NCBI GenBank assembly: GCA_016935115.1
Contig: JAFGRN010000002.1
Location: 3,748 to 67,747, forward strand
Source of the DNA: Candidatus Omnitrophota bacterium
Lineage (GTDB): Bacteria > Omnitrophota > Gorgyraeia > 2-01-FULL-45-10
Length of the DNA: 64,000 nucleotides
Direction of reading: 5' to 3'
In this document: positions 1 through 10,052 of the stretch, in pieces
How the letters are laid out: each line of letters begins with the position of its first letter
How positions within the stretch are numbered: position 1 is the stretch's first letter
Translations under genes and position numbers: made by a program
Notes under the pieces: model-generated
What the model was told of the DNA's origin: nothing
Seen by the model: the letters and a program-made list of their open reading frames with translations, nothing else
Databases searched by the model: none

Positions 1-1128
1 CAGTGAGAGGGAGCGAAAAACGGGCTTGTGCGGTTCGTAGGCGAATTCGACATTTTCGAAGTTTATCTCACCGGAGAGCTTCCGGAAATCTCTGGCCCCC
101 GATATAACCGTCATCTTTCCCCGGGTATCGGACATATTTTCATAGTTATTAAGCGCCGCGACATCGGAAAGCGCGGTCGAACGCATGGCATTCAATTGAT
201 TCAACTGCGCGAGCATCTTGACAAGTATCAACATATACGCAGCTACGGACGGGAGCGATGCCGCCATGTCAATTCGAATGACATTCAGGAGGACCAGAAA
301 CGAAATCGTAATCAGGCCGAAGATCACGGTTTCGGATAATGGAACAAGCATGTTGATTTCATGGCTTAAGTCACACTGGCACCTGTACATATCATTCGCC
401 ACAGCGCGGAAGTTCCTGCGCTCTTCTTCCTCCGTCCCTCTCTCCTTGATAAGGCGTATGCCGTTCAATATCTCGAGCATCTTGAAGCTGAAATCTCTGA
501 TCACAGAGGAGCGCCTTTCACCGACACGGGCCAGGCGCTTCATCAGGATCTCGAGAGGCAGGAGAACAACCGCTATCATTATGGATAAAAAGACGCTTGC
601 CTTCCATGATATCAGGAAGAGCACCACAACAAAGGTCGCGACACGGGTAATGAGAAACCCAAGGCTGAGAACGCTCATGATAAAACTGCCGATACGGATA
701 GTCTCGGCATCTATATGCGCGGTCAGATAACCTGTTTTGGCCCGGTCAAAGTAAGCCATGTCATACCCTATCAGGCGATCCACCAGCGAAGCTGAAAGGT
801 CGCGCGTAACCGTCAACCGCAGACGCATGATAAGTGTCGTCGAGAAGTAGAGAAAGACGTTCTTCAGGCAGAGCGCCAGAAAGATGACTACAAACATTAT
901 GCTGATGGCCTTCTCCTGCGAAAGTATGGAGCCAACGGGCAGAAACTTTTGCATTAGGACGAGGATACGACTGCTTTCCGCGGAGTTTATCATGCTCTGG
1001 ATAAGCGGGACGAGCATGCCGAAGCTTATGCCTTCGAAGAGCGCGGTCCCCAGCATGGAAAAAAAGGCCATGCAGGTCATTGCGGGATATCGTTTCAGAT
1101 ATCGAAAAGCAGCCATTATTATCTTCAC
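1..1128 (-). CDS. MsbA/Wzk-like ABC exporter (TMD + start of NBD), runs off window end
   Basis: Not in the ORF track; read manually from GTG at 1128 (GTGA overlap, GAGGGAGG RBS): MKIIMAAFRYLKRYP..ALFEGISFGMLVPLIQ..GYDMAYFD..EILNGIRLIK..GEINFENVEFAY, typical of a fused ABC TMD-NBD. Confidence 0.85.
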   Translation of the reverse strand, partial: MKIIMAAFRYLKRYPAMTCMAFFSMLGTALFEGISFGMLVPLIQSMINSAESSRILVLMQKFLPVGSILSQEKAISIMFVVIFLALCLKNVFLYFSTTLIMRLRLTVTRDLSASLVDRLIGYDMAYFDRAKTGYLTAHIDAETIRIGSFIMSVLSLGFLITRVATFVVVLFLISWKASVFLSIMIAVVLLPLEILMKRLARVGERRSSVIRDFSFKMLEILNGIRLIKERGTEEEERRNFRAVANDMYRCQCDLSHEINMLVPLSETVIFGLITISFLVLLNVIRIDMAASLPSVAAYMLILVKMLAQLNQLNAMRSTALSDVAALNNYENMSDTRGKMTVISGARDFRKLSGEINFENVEFAYEPHKPVFRSLSL

Positions 1129-3059
1129 AACGCCTCCCTCATCACATTCGTATTCTCCATTTCCCATAGGCCATGAGGTGTGTAAAAATCTTCATCTATC
1201 CTGTTGTCGGCGCGGTATTTCTTTACGACTCTTTCGAGGGACGCGTCCGCGTCACCGCTAACGGACTCTTCACGCATGAAATCCTGTATAAATTGCCCTA
1301 TCCTGCCTACAGCTTTGTCGTCGTCGAAATGATTTAGTATACGCCTCCATGCGGAAAGATCTCCTATGGTGGTATCGCCCTGGCTCGCCTTCACAATAGC
1401 CTGTTCCAATTCTCCCATGTCCCTGAAGATGAACTTCTGCTCCCTATCCCTGTAGCACGGGTAATGTAAAAATCCGGCGCTATCCCAGTGCACGGCGCGT
1501 TGGCCATAGATACCGGCCCATATTCCCGCCGTGTTGATCGAATAGCATATCGAAAGGTCCACCGCCGATGATGCGGTAAGGGGTGAATTTGAGGCATCCA
1601 TATATACCAGCCGTTTTTGGACAATGAGAGATTTCATCTTTTTCAATATCTCTTCTCCCCGCGGTAACCTTTCGATATCGGCCATGGTCCTGGACTTGCT
1701 CTTTACGATGCCGCCCCATTCCGCGTTCTTTTCCATAAGCGTGAATATCCTGATGTAAAATTCCGCTAGGGAGTGCTCATCCTGGTAGATATTGTATGCC
1801 GCGGAAGAATCGAAGACGGCAATAATGAATTTCAGTCCTTCTTTCAATCCCGCGATCGCGGAGCCTTCCTTGTGCCTGACCACGCATAGGCCCGACGGTA
1901 GTACATAGCGGCATGTATCGCCCCTCTTCTTTATCCACTCGTAGTTCATCCTGCCCCAGACGAAATATACATGCTGGAAATGCGCCACAGGAGTGATCAT
2001 ATAGTAGACGGAATTAGATCTGTGAAATCCTATCGCTATGCCGCCGGCGTCCTCCAGGGCTTCCAGCTGAGGCGCCTGCGTCCACTGGGTAATCTGATGC
2101 TGCATCAAAACCTTCACCTTGAAACGGCTGAAGACGGGCCTATACAACAGGTACCACATTCTGTATTCGAATTTAAATAACCTGAACCATAATGGCGCGT
2201 TCGCCGGGGATGAAAAAAACGCTCCAATCATATCAGTCAGCTCCCTGATGCCGATCCGGCTGAGTTTTACGAGTTGACGGAAATGGAGGTCTATCCATTT
2301 TAATCCGTCCCCCTCTATGTCTCTGATCTGTCTCTCCAGCGGGATATTGTCATTTCTGTCGAGATAGCAGACTATGTCAAACATCTTCTCATCCAGATGC
2401 CCGCGCCAAAACATATGATCTTCCGCGCAGTTCTGGGCGTACTCGACCCATACGGATGGTTTTGGTTCCGCTATATTGGTGTCCACCTTGCCGGCCAAAA
2501 GCCGATACACTATTATCGACCATAGCCGGTGAAACGGTTTCATATATTGCCTGATGTGCTCAAGCGGTATGATCGACTCTATGAGGAGATATCCCTTCTC
2601 CCTGTAATAAGGCATGATGACGGCATTCATAGGATGCCGTTCCAGGTATATTACATTAACGGAGTCCGTGTCTTTAAAGTCTCGTTCATGCCTGACCATG
2701 GTAATAAACGTCACGCGGTAAGTCAGGTACGCCGTGATGTGTAATCGCACCGCGTTATTGAACCTGGGCGAGTCGCTGCCTGTATATTTGTCGCAAAAAC
2801 GGGTCCGGCATATGTCCGTATCGTTTTCCATTTCGTAATTTATGGCATACCCATCCTCATCCCTCTTATCGAGCGAAAGCCCGGCTTTATGCACATTCCT
2901 GCAGAGCCCCCATCTCTGCAGGACATCCACCAGGAGCGTGGCGCCATAGGAGGCTTTATTCTCATCATATCGTATAGAGGCTCCTGATATGGCGGACTCC
3001 GCGCAGAGCGCGAGCAGATCCGGTATCCCTAATTTTTCAACCCAGATATTCTTCTTCAT
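1125..3059 (-). CDS. 644-aa hypothetical, putative GT-B-like nonulosonate/polysaccharide transferase
   Basis: Soluble. C-terminal half has QH..HRSNS, YFVWG, VFDSS and IVKSK segments reminiscent of GT-B surface-polysaccharide proteins. Lies between the Leg module and the exporter. Confidence 0.45.
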   Translation of the reverse strand: MKKNIWVEKLGIPDLLALCAESAISGASIRYDENKASYGATLLVDVLQRWGLCRNVHKAGLSLDKRDEDGYAINYEMENDTDICRTRFCDKYTGSDSPRFNNAVRLHITAYLTYRVTFITMVRHERDFKDTDSVNVIYLERHPMNAVIMPYYREKGYLLIESIIPLEHIRQYMKPFHRLWSIIVYRLLAGKVDTNIAEPKPSVWVEYAQNCAEDHMFWRGHLDEKMFDIVCYLDRNDNIPLERQIRDIEGDGLKWIDLHFRQLVKLSRIGIRELTDMIGAFFSSPANAPLWFRLFKFEYRMWYLLYRPVFSRFKVKVLMQHQITQWTQAPQLEALEDAGGIAIGFHRSNSVYYMITPVAHFQHVYFVWGRMNYEWIKKRGDTCRYVLPSGLCVVRHKEGSAIAGLKEGLKFIIAVFDSSAAYNIYQDEHSLAEFYIRIFTLMEKNAEWGGIVKSKSRTMADIERLPRGEEILKKMKSLIVQKRLVYMDASNSPLTASSAVDLSICYSINTAGIWAGIYGQRAVHWDSAGFLHYPCYRDREQKFIFRDMGELEQAIVKASQGDTTIGDLSAWRRILNHFDDDKAVGRIGQFIQDFMREESVSGDADASLERVVKKYRADNRIDEDFYTPHGLWEMENTNVMREAL

Positions 3060-3062
3060 ATG

Positions 3063-4451
3063 CTATGTCTGCCTAAATCCCCTGAAGGCTCTGTCCTTTT
3101 CGGAGTACAATTTATGGGCCTGCTTCAATACGATAGCCGTTTTGTTCTTAAAATAGTTTCTTATCAGCGTCGAATTCGCGTCAAACAAAGCTTTATGAAA
3201 CTCCTCATCGGTCATATCGGTAAAGTTTACCGAGAGGAGCTCCGAGTTCAGGTGCCTCTTCTCGTAAAAGTCCTCGCAATCTTTGAGCAGTCCTTTTTCG
3301 ATCGCATGGTAATAGAGAGGCGAGCCCGGATACGGCGTAACTGGCCGTATGGTGCGCATCTGCGCGCCGTCGTCGTACTTAAGCAGGAATTCGACTCCCT
3401 TATTCAGCGTCTCCTTCGTCTCCCCTATGTTGCCGAAGATGATATTAAATCCGGGGCTTATGCCTTCGGCAAGAGTGGCCTCTATACCTTTCTTTATCTG
3501 TTCAGTATTAAGGGCTTTATTCATGTTCCGCAGGATTCTGTCATCGAAGGCCTCTATGCCGTAGTTTATGAAAACGCATCCCGCGCGCTTCATCGTCTTG
3601 ATGATCCTGGATTCGGCGTAATTCAACCTTCCGTTGCATTCCCATTTTATATTCAAACCCTCGCGGATGAAATCCTCGCACAGGCTTATGGTCCTCTCGC
3701 GGGAGGACATAAGGAGATCGTCTATGAAGTCGATGTAATTAATGCCATAATCTTTCTTCAGAAGTTTTATCTCATCGATGATACTCTTGTTCGAACGGGG
3801 GCGGAAACCTTCCTCGATCCGGTAGCAGAAGTTACATTTAAACGGGCACCCGCGGCCGGATATCATCGCCATGACAAAATCGGTGCTTGTGGAATGAGGT
3901 ATACGTATCAGCCTGTAGTAGTCCATGGGAAAGAGCTTATACGCCGGCAGCGGCAGCGAATCTATATCCTTTATGACCGGCCTGCGCGGATTGACGGAGA
4001 CATTGGCTCCGTCTCTGAAAGCTATGCCTTTTACTCCGCCCAACCCCTTGTGATTCGAGACGGCATCAAGGAGCTCCACTATAGTATCCTCCCCCTCGCC
4101 GATAACGACAGCATCGGCCTGTGTCTTCTTCAGGAAAAACTCCGGTTCAGGGGATGGCCCGTGGCCGCCCAGAATATAGAAAGGCCTCTGTTTTGACCGG
4201 TTGATCGCCTCAGAGATCTTCAATAGCTTCCGGTACTGGTAATAATTCCCAACTATGCTCATGCCCACAACATCGAATTTATTCTTATCGAGATAAGCGG
4301 TCAGGTGGCTGTCCGGATAATGGAACTTATCCTGGCTGTAGACCACAACGTCATGGCCGGCCTTTTTAAGCATAGCGGCGATATACGCGGTTCCTATAGG
4401 AAAGTAATGCACAAATGACTCGTTATCGTACACCACCAATAAAATTCGCAC
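3063..4451 (-). CDS. Cobalamin-dependent radical SAM enzyme (short type)
   Basis: N-terminal B12-binding Rossmann domain (FPIGTAYIAAML, GGHGPS, GEGE), SGRGCPFKCNFC motif, PYPGSPLY. Confidence 0.92.
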   Translation of the reverse strand: MRILLVVYDNESFVHYFPIGTAYIAAMLKKAGHDVVVYSQDKFHYPDSHLTAYLDKNKFDVVGMSIVGNYYQYRKLLKISEAINRSKQRPFYILGGHGPSPEPEFFLKKTQADAVVIGEGEDTIVELLDAVSNHKGLGGVKGIAFRDGANVSVNPRRPVIKDIDSLPLPAYKLFPMDYYRLIRIPHSTSTDFVMAMISGRGCPFKCNFCYRIEEGFRPRSNKSIIDEIKLLKKDYGINYIDFIDDLLMSSRERTISLCEDFIREGLNIKWECNGRLNYAESRIIKTMKRAGCVFINYGIEAFDDRILRNMNKALNTEQIKKGIEATLAEGISPGFNIIFGNIGETKETLNKGVEFLLKYDDGAQMRTIRPVTPYPGSPLYYHAIEKGLLKDCEDFYEKRHLNSELLSVNFTDMTDEEFHKALFDANSTLIRNYFKNKTAIVLKQAHKLYSEKDRAFRGFRQT

Positions 4452-4506
4452 GATCTTCAGCCCTCTTTCTTTGTAAATCCATGCGCCCCGACGCCATCGA
4501 CAGGCA

Positions 4507-5325
4507 TCATCTGGCCCACGCTTTGCTTACGGGAAACACGCCGGTTCCCGATCCGACATTCCATTCCGCCATGGCTATGCCATGCTCTTTCAGTACAGCT
4601 CTGGTTTCAGTAAGGCCACCCGCCATAAAGTTGAATAGATTAGCCGTCGAAACTGCCTGAACAGAACCCTTATTGATCGCTTCTGCCATATGGTCAAACC
4701 TTCCCGCGCCGCCTGATGCTATTATAGGTACGGGCGATACGGCGGAAGCTTTTCTCAGGGTCTCGATATCATACCCCTGGCCGGTCCCATCCCTATTCAT
4801 GGACGTCAGATATATCTCGCCCGCGCCCAAATCGACAGCGCGCCTCACAGCCGCCTCCACCGAGAGGTCCGTGTCAAAAGACCCGTTGTCCGTAACCACA
4901 TGTTCCCGGCCGTCGATTATTTTGTAGTCAATTGACGCTATTATCGACTGGCCACCGAACGTCCTCACCAGTGACTTTACCAGTTCCGCGTCTTTTATGA
5001 TCGCGGTATTGACAACCAGCTTATCCGCACCGGCATCGAATAGCCTGAAAGCCACATCGACCGAATTCACGCCACCACCCGCCGCTAACGGCATGAAGCA
5101 ATTTTTCGTCAGCTCCGAAACATTCCTGGAGAACAACTCTGTATCTTTCCGGCCCCTCTCGACATTCAGCACGACCAGTTCGTCAATGGAAAAGGCTATA
5201 GAGTTAAAATCATAATGCTCTTTTATCCAGCTCAGGCCACCCACCTTCTGCAACCTGAAATTCCGGCTCAACATGAAGACGCCTCTATCCATCAGCAATG
5301 TAAATATCAATCTGTGTTTTAACAT
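4507..5325 (-). CDS. HisF-like cyclase subunit of sugar amidotransferase (WbuZ-like)
   Basis: PLAAGGGV, GADKLVVNT, GAGEIYLTSMNRDGTGQGYD, PIIASGGAG; adjacent to HisH-like and WbuX-like genes. Confidence 0.88.
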   Translation of the reverse strand: MLKHRLIFTLLMDRGVFMLSRNFRLQKVGGLSWIKEHYDFNSIAFSIDELVVLNVERGRKDTELFSRNVSELTKNCFMPLAAGGGVNSVDVAFRLFDAGADKLVVNTAIIKDAELVKSLVRTFGGQSIIASIDYKIIDGREHVVTDNGSFDTDLSVEAAVRRAVDLGAGEIYLTSMNRDGTGQGYDIETLRKASAVSPVPIIASGGAGRFDHMAEAINKGSVQAVSTANLFNFMAGGLTETRAVLKEHGIAMAEWNVGSGTGVFPVSKAWAR

Positions 5326-5942
5326 ATTCTTTCGTAAGACGCGAAATTCTTAAGCACCCTCAGGCCGCTGTGCTGGCTCTTTTCGGGATGGAACTGGGTC
5401 CCGAATACGTTTTCGCGGCAAATGCTGCTGGCAAACCTCTCGCCATTATCGGTCCAGGAAGATATATCCGATTCGCAGCTGCAATTTAACACATAACTGT
5501 GCACAAAGTAGAAATCGGCGCGGGCTTCAAGACCTTCAAACAGGACATTGTCGCTCCGTGAAAAATACGCCGTATTAAATCCTATGTGGGGAACCTTGAA
5601 ACCTTCCTTCGGGCTGATCCTGCGTACGTGCCCGCGGATCCACCCGAAACCGTCTTTCGGGCCATCCTCATCCCCTGATTCGGCGAAGAGCTGCATGCCG
5701 AGACAGATGCCCAGTATCGGTACCTTTCTCATGAGCACGGCCGTATTGATCGGCTTTAGAAACCCAAGCCTCTCTATGTTCCCCATAGCCTTTGCGAAAG
5801 AACCGACGCCCGGTAATATCAACTTCTGGCTCCCGGCAACCTGTTCTGGAGAGCTGATCACCTCATTTTCAATTCCGAGATAAGCCAGGGCATTCTGAAT
5901 CGACTTTATATTACCCATGCCGTAATTAACGATCGAGATCAT
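5319..5942 (-). CDS. hisH: HisH-like glutamine amidotransferase (WbuY-like)
   Basis: NYGMGN, LPGVGSF, GICLGMQ, FYFVHSY, QFHPEKS catalytic motifs; glycan-associated paralog. Confidence 0.9.
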   Translation of the reverse strand: MISIVNYGMGNIKSIQNALAYLGIENEVISSPEQVAGSQKLILPGVGSFAKAMGNIERLGFLKPINTAVLMRKVPILGICLGMQLFAESGDEDGPKDGFGWIRGHVRRISPKEGFKVPHIGFNTAYFSRSDNVLFEGLEARADFYFVHSYVLNCSCESDISSWTDNGERFASSICRENVFGTQFHPEKSQHSGLRVLKNFASYERIC

Positions 5943-5964
5943 GCCTGTGGCTTATCGGCCAAGT

Positions 5965-7077
5965 TTAATGGGGAGTAAATACCGGAACCCATCTGCCGTT
6001 TTCCTTCCTGAATATTTTTTTGTTCACGATACCATCAAGCGTGGCATCAAACTCTTCCTTTGTCATTCTGAAATACTTGAGATACTCCTCTATGTACGGT
6101 TCCGGATATTCGCCGTCATACCTCTTCACAAGCTCAACCGCCTGTTTGCGTGTTATGGAGCCGCGGCGTATATCTATCCCCACATCCTGGGAACACCTGC
6201 CGAACCCGTACTTCAGGTACATCAGGTACGTCTGAAGAACATAAAGACTTGTATCTGTCTGGGCAAAATTGCCATAGGTTCCAATACACCGTTCCGTTTC
6301 TTCCTGAAGACCATACTTCTCCTTCGCGAGTAAATAATGCTCATAGGGATCCCAATTTTCAAAATATGACCAGTGGGCAACTGCCGGCTTCAGCTTGTTA
6401 AGCTCCTCTCTGGACGGAAAGAGCCACCAATACAGCTCCTTCTCGGAAAATTTTCCTATCATCTCCTGCGGATTAAAACCACTCAGGTATATATCCATAC
6501 TATACTCCTGATCGTAACACGCTCCTTTCTCCTGTTTTAGCTTTGAAGTTCCCCCGTACTCAGTCTCCCCCTCCTCACCAAACATGACAAAAGGTATATC
6601 CAATAGAACGGCTATTTTAAATATCACGGTCTGCAGGGCAATCAGCCACTGAAAATACCCCTGGCCCCGTTTTATAAAATACTCCCTATCAATTACCCTG
6701 CCCACTTCAGGGTTAGGTGTTACGTGTATATGGTCGTACCCGCACTTGATAAAATTCTCCAGGTTCTTCTTCCCGATCTCAAACTCAAGCGGGGGCCTGA
6801 CGGTAACCCCCAATGTACGCATTCCCATTTTCTCCTTCATCATATATGCAACGTATGAACTGTCCTTGCCGCCGCTGACCGGAAGGATACAATCAAATTT
6901 TGAATTAGAACGATTTCTGTACTTATCGCATAACTCCTCTAAGTACTTCCAGCGCGTTTTCCAGTCTACCCCGGCCTTCTTCTCTTCCGCCCAGCAACAG
7001 GCATTACAGACCCCGTCTTTATTAAATGTTATCCTTGGCCTGGTTTCCGGCATCAAGCATCGAGTACAATACTTCAT
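5965..7077 (-). CDS. N-acetyl sugar amidotransferase (WbuX/PtmG/PseA family)
   Basis: N-terminal CxxC..CxxC, PP-loop SGGKDS, KYGFGR, DIRRG. Confidence 0.9.
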   Translation of the reverse strand: MKYCTRCLMPETRPRITFNKDGVCNACCWAEEKKAGVDWKTRWKYLEELCDKYRNRSNSKFDCILPVSGGKDSSYVAYMMKEKMGMRTLGVTVRPPLEFEIGKKNLENFIKCGYDHIHVTPNPEVGRVIDREYFIKRGQGYFQWLIALQTVIFKIAVLLDIPFVMFGEEGETEYGGTSKLKQEKGACYDQEYSMDIYLSGFNPQEMIGKFSEKELYWWLFPSREELNKLKPAVAHWSYFENWDPYEHYLLAKEKYGLQEETERCIGTYGNFAQTDTSLYVLQTYLMYLKYGFGRCSQDVGIDIRRGSITRKQAVELVKRYDGEYPEPYIEEYLKYFRMTKEEFDATLDGIVNKKIFRKENGRWVPVFTPH

Positions 7078-7784
7078 CGGATCGATCCTCCTCTTTTCAT
7101 TAGTAACTCCGCAAGTTTCCAGTCCAACTTATCGTCTATATCTACCGACCGCTCCCTGGGCATCACGTACGCGTATGTATGATCGCCGAACCATCCTCTC
7201 CTCTTCCTGAGATAATCGGTATATGCGACGTAAACCGCTCCGTTCAGCCTGTAAAGAGACGGCAGTTCCTGCTTATTCTTGTTCTCGGACTCAAGCCTGA
7301 CAAAATCTTTCATGCATCTGTCTTTCGGCAGGGTATTCGTCCAGTACGGATGATGCTCCGTTTCACATACTGAAACGACCGCCCGGGCATTCTTCAGGAA
7401 TAATTCCCTGATGGCATTATCTATGTCCGACGGCAGTCTTAAAGGGGACGTCGGCTGTAATAGCACTACGACGTCATATTTTGCTCCTTCTTGGAAAACC
7501 CGGCCAAGCGCATGGTCGATAACATCTATTGTCTTCGCGCTGTCCGTCGCCAGCTTTCTCGGCCTCAAAAACGGAACACATGCCCCGTGCCTCTTTGACA
7601 TCCGCGCGATGAATCTGCTGTCTGTGCTCACCAGCACTTCATCCAGGTAACGGCTCTTCTTTGCCTGCTCTATGGCATGCACGGTCAACGGCTTACCGCA
7701 AAGATCGCGCGCATTCTTTCCGGGGAGCCTCCTGGATCCGCTCCTCGCCGGTATTACCCCTATTATCCTCTTGCCTTTGAACAT
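7074..7784 (-). CDS. neuA: CMP-nonulosonate synthetase (NeuA/LegF)
   Basis: IPARSGSRRLPGKN, VSTD, LLQPTSPLR, NGAVY, SVDID. Confidence 0.92.
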   Translation of the reverse strand: MFKGKRIIGVIPARSGSRRLPGKNARDLCGKPLTVHAIEQAKKSRYLDEVLVSTDSRFIARMSKRHGACVPFLRPRKLATDSAKTIDVIDHALGRVFQEGAKYDVVVLLQPTSPLRLPSDIDNAIRELFLKNARAVVSVCETEHHPYWTNTLPKDRCMKDFVRLESENKNKQELPSLYRLNGAVYVAYTDYLRKRRGWFGDHTYAYVMPRERSVDIDDKLDWKLAELLMKRGGSIR

Positions 7785-7789
7785 ATTGC

Positions 7790-8884
7790 CTATATCCCCA
7801 ATTGTTTCAGGCTGTCTTTATACTCCTCCCACTGGCCTATATCAAACCATCCGCTGAAGATTGTATATACGCTCACCTTGTCCTTCTTCGCCACCGTTTC
7901 TATCAGCTCGTTTATATCCATCTTTTTGTTATCCGGAATGTACGACAAAACCCTCGGCTCAATAACATAGACGCCCGTGTTGATGATAACATCGTGCACC
8001 GGCTTCTCTACCATCTTCTTAAGCTTTCCATCCGATACTTCCAGGACGCCGAACGGTATCTTCACTTCATTGTGGCAGCCGACTATTGTTATCGCGGCAT
8101 CGTACTGTGAATGCCACTTCAGGAGTTGCGCAAAGTCCGCGGCAAGCAGTGAATCGCAATTGGTGACGAAGAATGTTTCCTTCAATTTCTCTCTCAATAA
8201 TGAAAGGCTTCCTATGGTGCCAAGATAATTTTTCTCTTCGACCCAATTGAGTTTATAGGAAGAAAAATCGTTCTCCTGCAGAAATATCTTTATATACTCC
8301 TTTTTATAATTCAACGTATAGTTAAAGTTGTGAAAGCCGTGCTTATAAAACTTCTCCATTATAAGCTCAATGACGGTCTTATCTCCTATGGGAATCAGCG
8401 GCTTGGGGAGTATCTTGGTGAATGGGTCCAGCCGTAATCCCTTACCACCGGCCATTATCACTACGGGGTTCGATTTGAGCGCGGCCTGTAATGGAACGAC
8501 ATCTTTATCAAAAATATCGATCCATCGGATCATGTCTTCTATGACACCATCTCTATTGACAATGGGAATCTGCTCAAGCTTGTCGTTGAACATGATCTCT
8601 TTCACATGGTACATAAGATTATCCATGTCGCTATCCACCTTCACAAAATCCCTGCGCATCAATTTACTGATCCCGTCTTTAAAAGCGCACCCGTGAATGA
8701 TCCCGCGACGGATATCGCCATCGGTGACGGTTCCCACCAGTTTATTCCCTTCCTCGACAACGAAGAGTATCCGTTCCGCGGTATAATCAAGTTTTTGCAT
8801 AGCCTCTTTTATGCTCATATCAGCAGAAACCAGAATAGACTGCAATTTTACACTGTCCATGGACTTTATCCCCTTATTTACCAC
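7790..8884 (-). CDS. CBS-domain nucleotidyltransferase (PtmE/LegX-like GlcN-1-P guanylyltransferase)
   Basis: CBS pair (GTVTDGDIRRG) followed by MAGGKGLRL..PKPL, EKP, INTGVY, WFDIG. Confidence 0.88.
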   Translation of the reverse strand: MVNKGIKSMDSVKLQSILVSADMSIKEAMQKLDYTAERILFVVEEGNKLVGTVTDGDIRRGIIHGCAFKDGISKLMRRDFVKVDSDMDNLMYHVKEIMFNDKLEQIPIVNRDGVIEDMIRWIDIFDKDVVPLQAALKSNPVVIMAGGKGLRLDPFTKILPKPLIPIGDKTVIELIMEKFYKHGFHNFNYTLNYKKEYIKIFLQENDFSSYKLNWVEEKNYLGTIGSLSLLREKLKETFFVTNCDSLLAADFAQLLKWHSQYDAAITIVGCHNEVKIPFGVLEVSDGKLKKMVEKPVHDVIINTGVYVIEPRVLSYIPDNKKMDINELIETVAKKDKVSVYTIFSGWFDIGQWEEYKDSLKQLGI

Positions 8885-10052
8885 TGATCCTTAACGGAAT
8901 ATCATAAAAACTTTTTTTGGTCCATTTTTCAAACTTATGTTTCTTAAGTATCGTCCATATTTTCAACGATGCGTTTCTCCCCTCATACGAATTTTTAACG
9001 TTCCTGAGACTATTCTGAAACTTCGCCGAATACAGCTCTTTCAGAGCCCTTACTATATCGGATCTCAAGGGACGGCAATCAATAACACTTCTTGACTTGA
9101 TCCTCCCTCTTTGACGGCTGCCTATATTGATAGTTCCCACTCTGAAGCTCGGCGCCTCCATTATACCGCTGGAGGAATTTCCCACAACGGCGTCCACAAT
9201 TCTCATCGCCGACAGATAATTAAGGCGCCCCATAGACGTAAACGCTTCGGCCCTGTCGGGTCTCATGGAAACATATTCATCTATCATACGATTAACTATT
9301 TTTCCGCCGCTGTCCGCATTTGCCTTGGTGAATATCAAATGCGTACTGTTAAGTCCGTCAAGTGCGCTGAGCAGGTTTTTAAATTGCCATCCCGCGCTTC
9401 CATCCTCCAGTGTAGCCGGATGAAAGGTAATCAACAGGTTACGCCTGTCAAAGTTTATCCTCAGTTTCTTTTTCAACTGATCTCTGGTCAGAAAGGGCAT
9501 GTCTTTTAGGCCATCCAGTCCCGGCGCGCCTACGTTAAATACGCATTCGGGCGACTCTCCAAGCTGTATCACTCTTCTTCTGTACTCCTCGGTAGCGGTG
9601 AAATGCAGCTGGCTCATCTTGGTTATGGAATGGCGAAATGCATCATCTATAACTCCTTCTGTCAACTCTCCCCCGTGTATATGCGCTACCGGTATGCAGG
9701 CAACATGAGCGGCGGCAACAGCACCGAATATTTCAAATCTGTCACCCAGGACAACCACTACATCCGGCTTCATCTCCTCATAAGCGGCGGCAAAACCGGA
9801 TATTGCCATAGCCATTGATCCGGAAATACCGACAGCAGTATCGGATATCAAATTAATATCTACCTTTCTATCAATGCAAAAACTATCTTTTTCGATCTCC
9901 TTATACGTAAACCCGAATTCTTTTTTGAGATGCGCCCCGGTAACTGCTAATTGCAGCTTTAGATCCCCGTCATTTTTTATCTTCTCAAGAAACGGCCTCA
10001 GCAACCCGTATTCAGCTCTTGATCCTGTAACAACGAAGATTTTTCTTTTCAT
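8874..10052 (-). CDS. neuC: Hydrolysing NDP-N,N'-diacylbacillosamine 2-epimerase (NeuC/LegG)
   Basis: VTGSRAEYGLL, LGDRFE, HIHGGE, RHSITK, FHP, GNSSSG, GSRQRGR. Confidence 0.93.
   Translation of the reverse strand: MKRKIFVVTGSRAEYGLLRPFLEKIKNDGDLKLQLAVTGAHLKKEFGFTYKEIEKDSFCIDRKVDINLISDTAVGISGSMAMAISGFAAAYEEMKPDVVVVLGDRFEIFGAVAAAHVACIPVAHIHGGELTEGVIDDAFRHSITKMSQLHFTATEEYRRRVIQLGESPECVFNVGAPGLDGLKDMPFLTRDQLKKKLRINFDRRNLLITFHPATLEDGSAGWQFKNLLSALDGLNSTHLIFTKANADSGGKIVNRMIDEYVSMRPDRAEAFTSMGRLNYLSAMRIVDAVVGNSSSGIMEAPSFRVGTINIGSRQRGRIKSRSVIDCRPLRSDIVRALKELYSAKFQNSLRNVKNSYEGRNASLKIWTILKKHKFEKWTKKSFYDIPLRISGK

Noticed and set aside
3060-4196. Long plus-strand ORFs (also 14879-15760, 19324-20472, 36806-37912, 59480-60412, 60316-61179)
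   Set aside because: Antisense shadows of well-supported minus-strand genes, with no recognisable motifs
4507-5942. hisH/hisF as histidine biosynthesis genes (also 21379-24832)
   Set aside because: No other his genes are present, and both pairs accompany WbuX-type amidotransferases as ammonia suppliers
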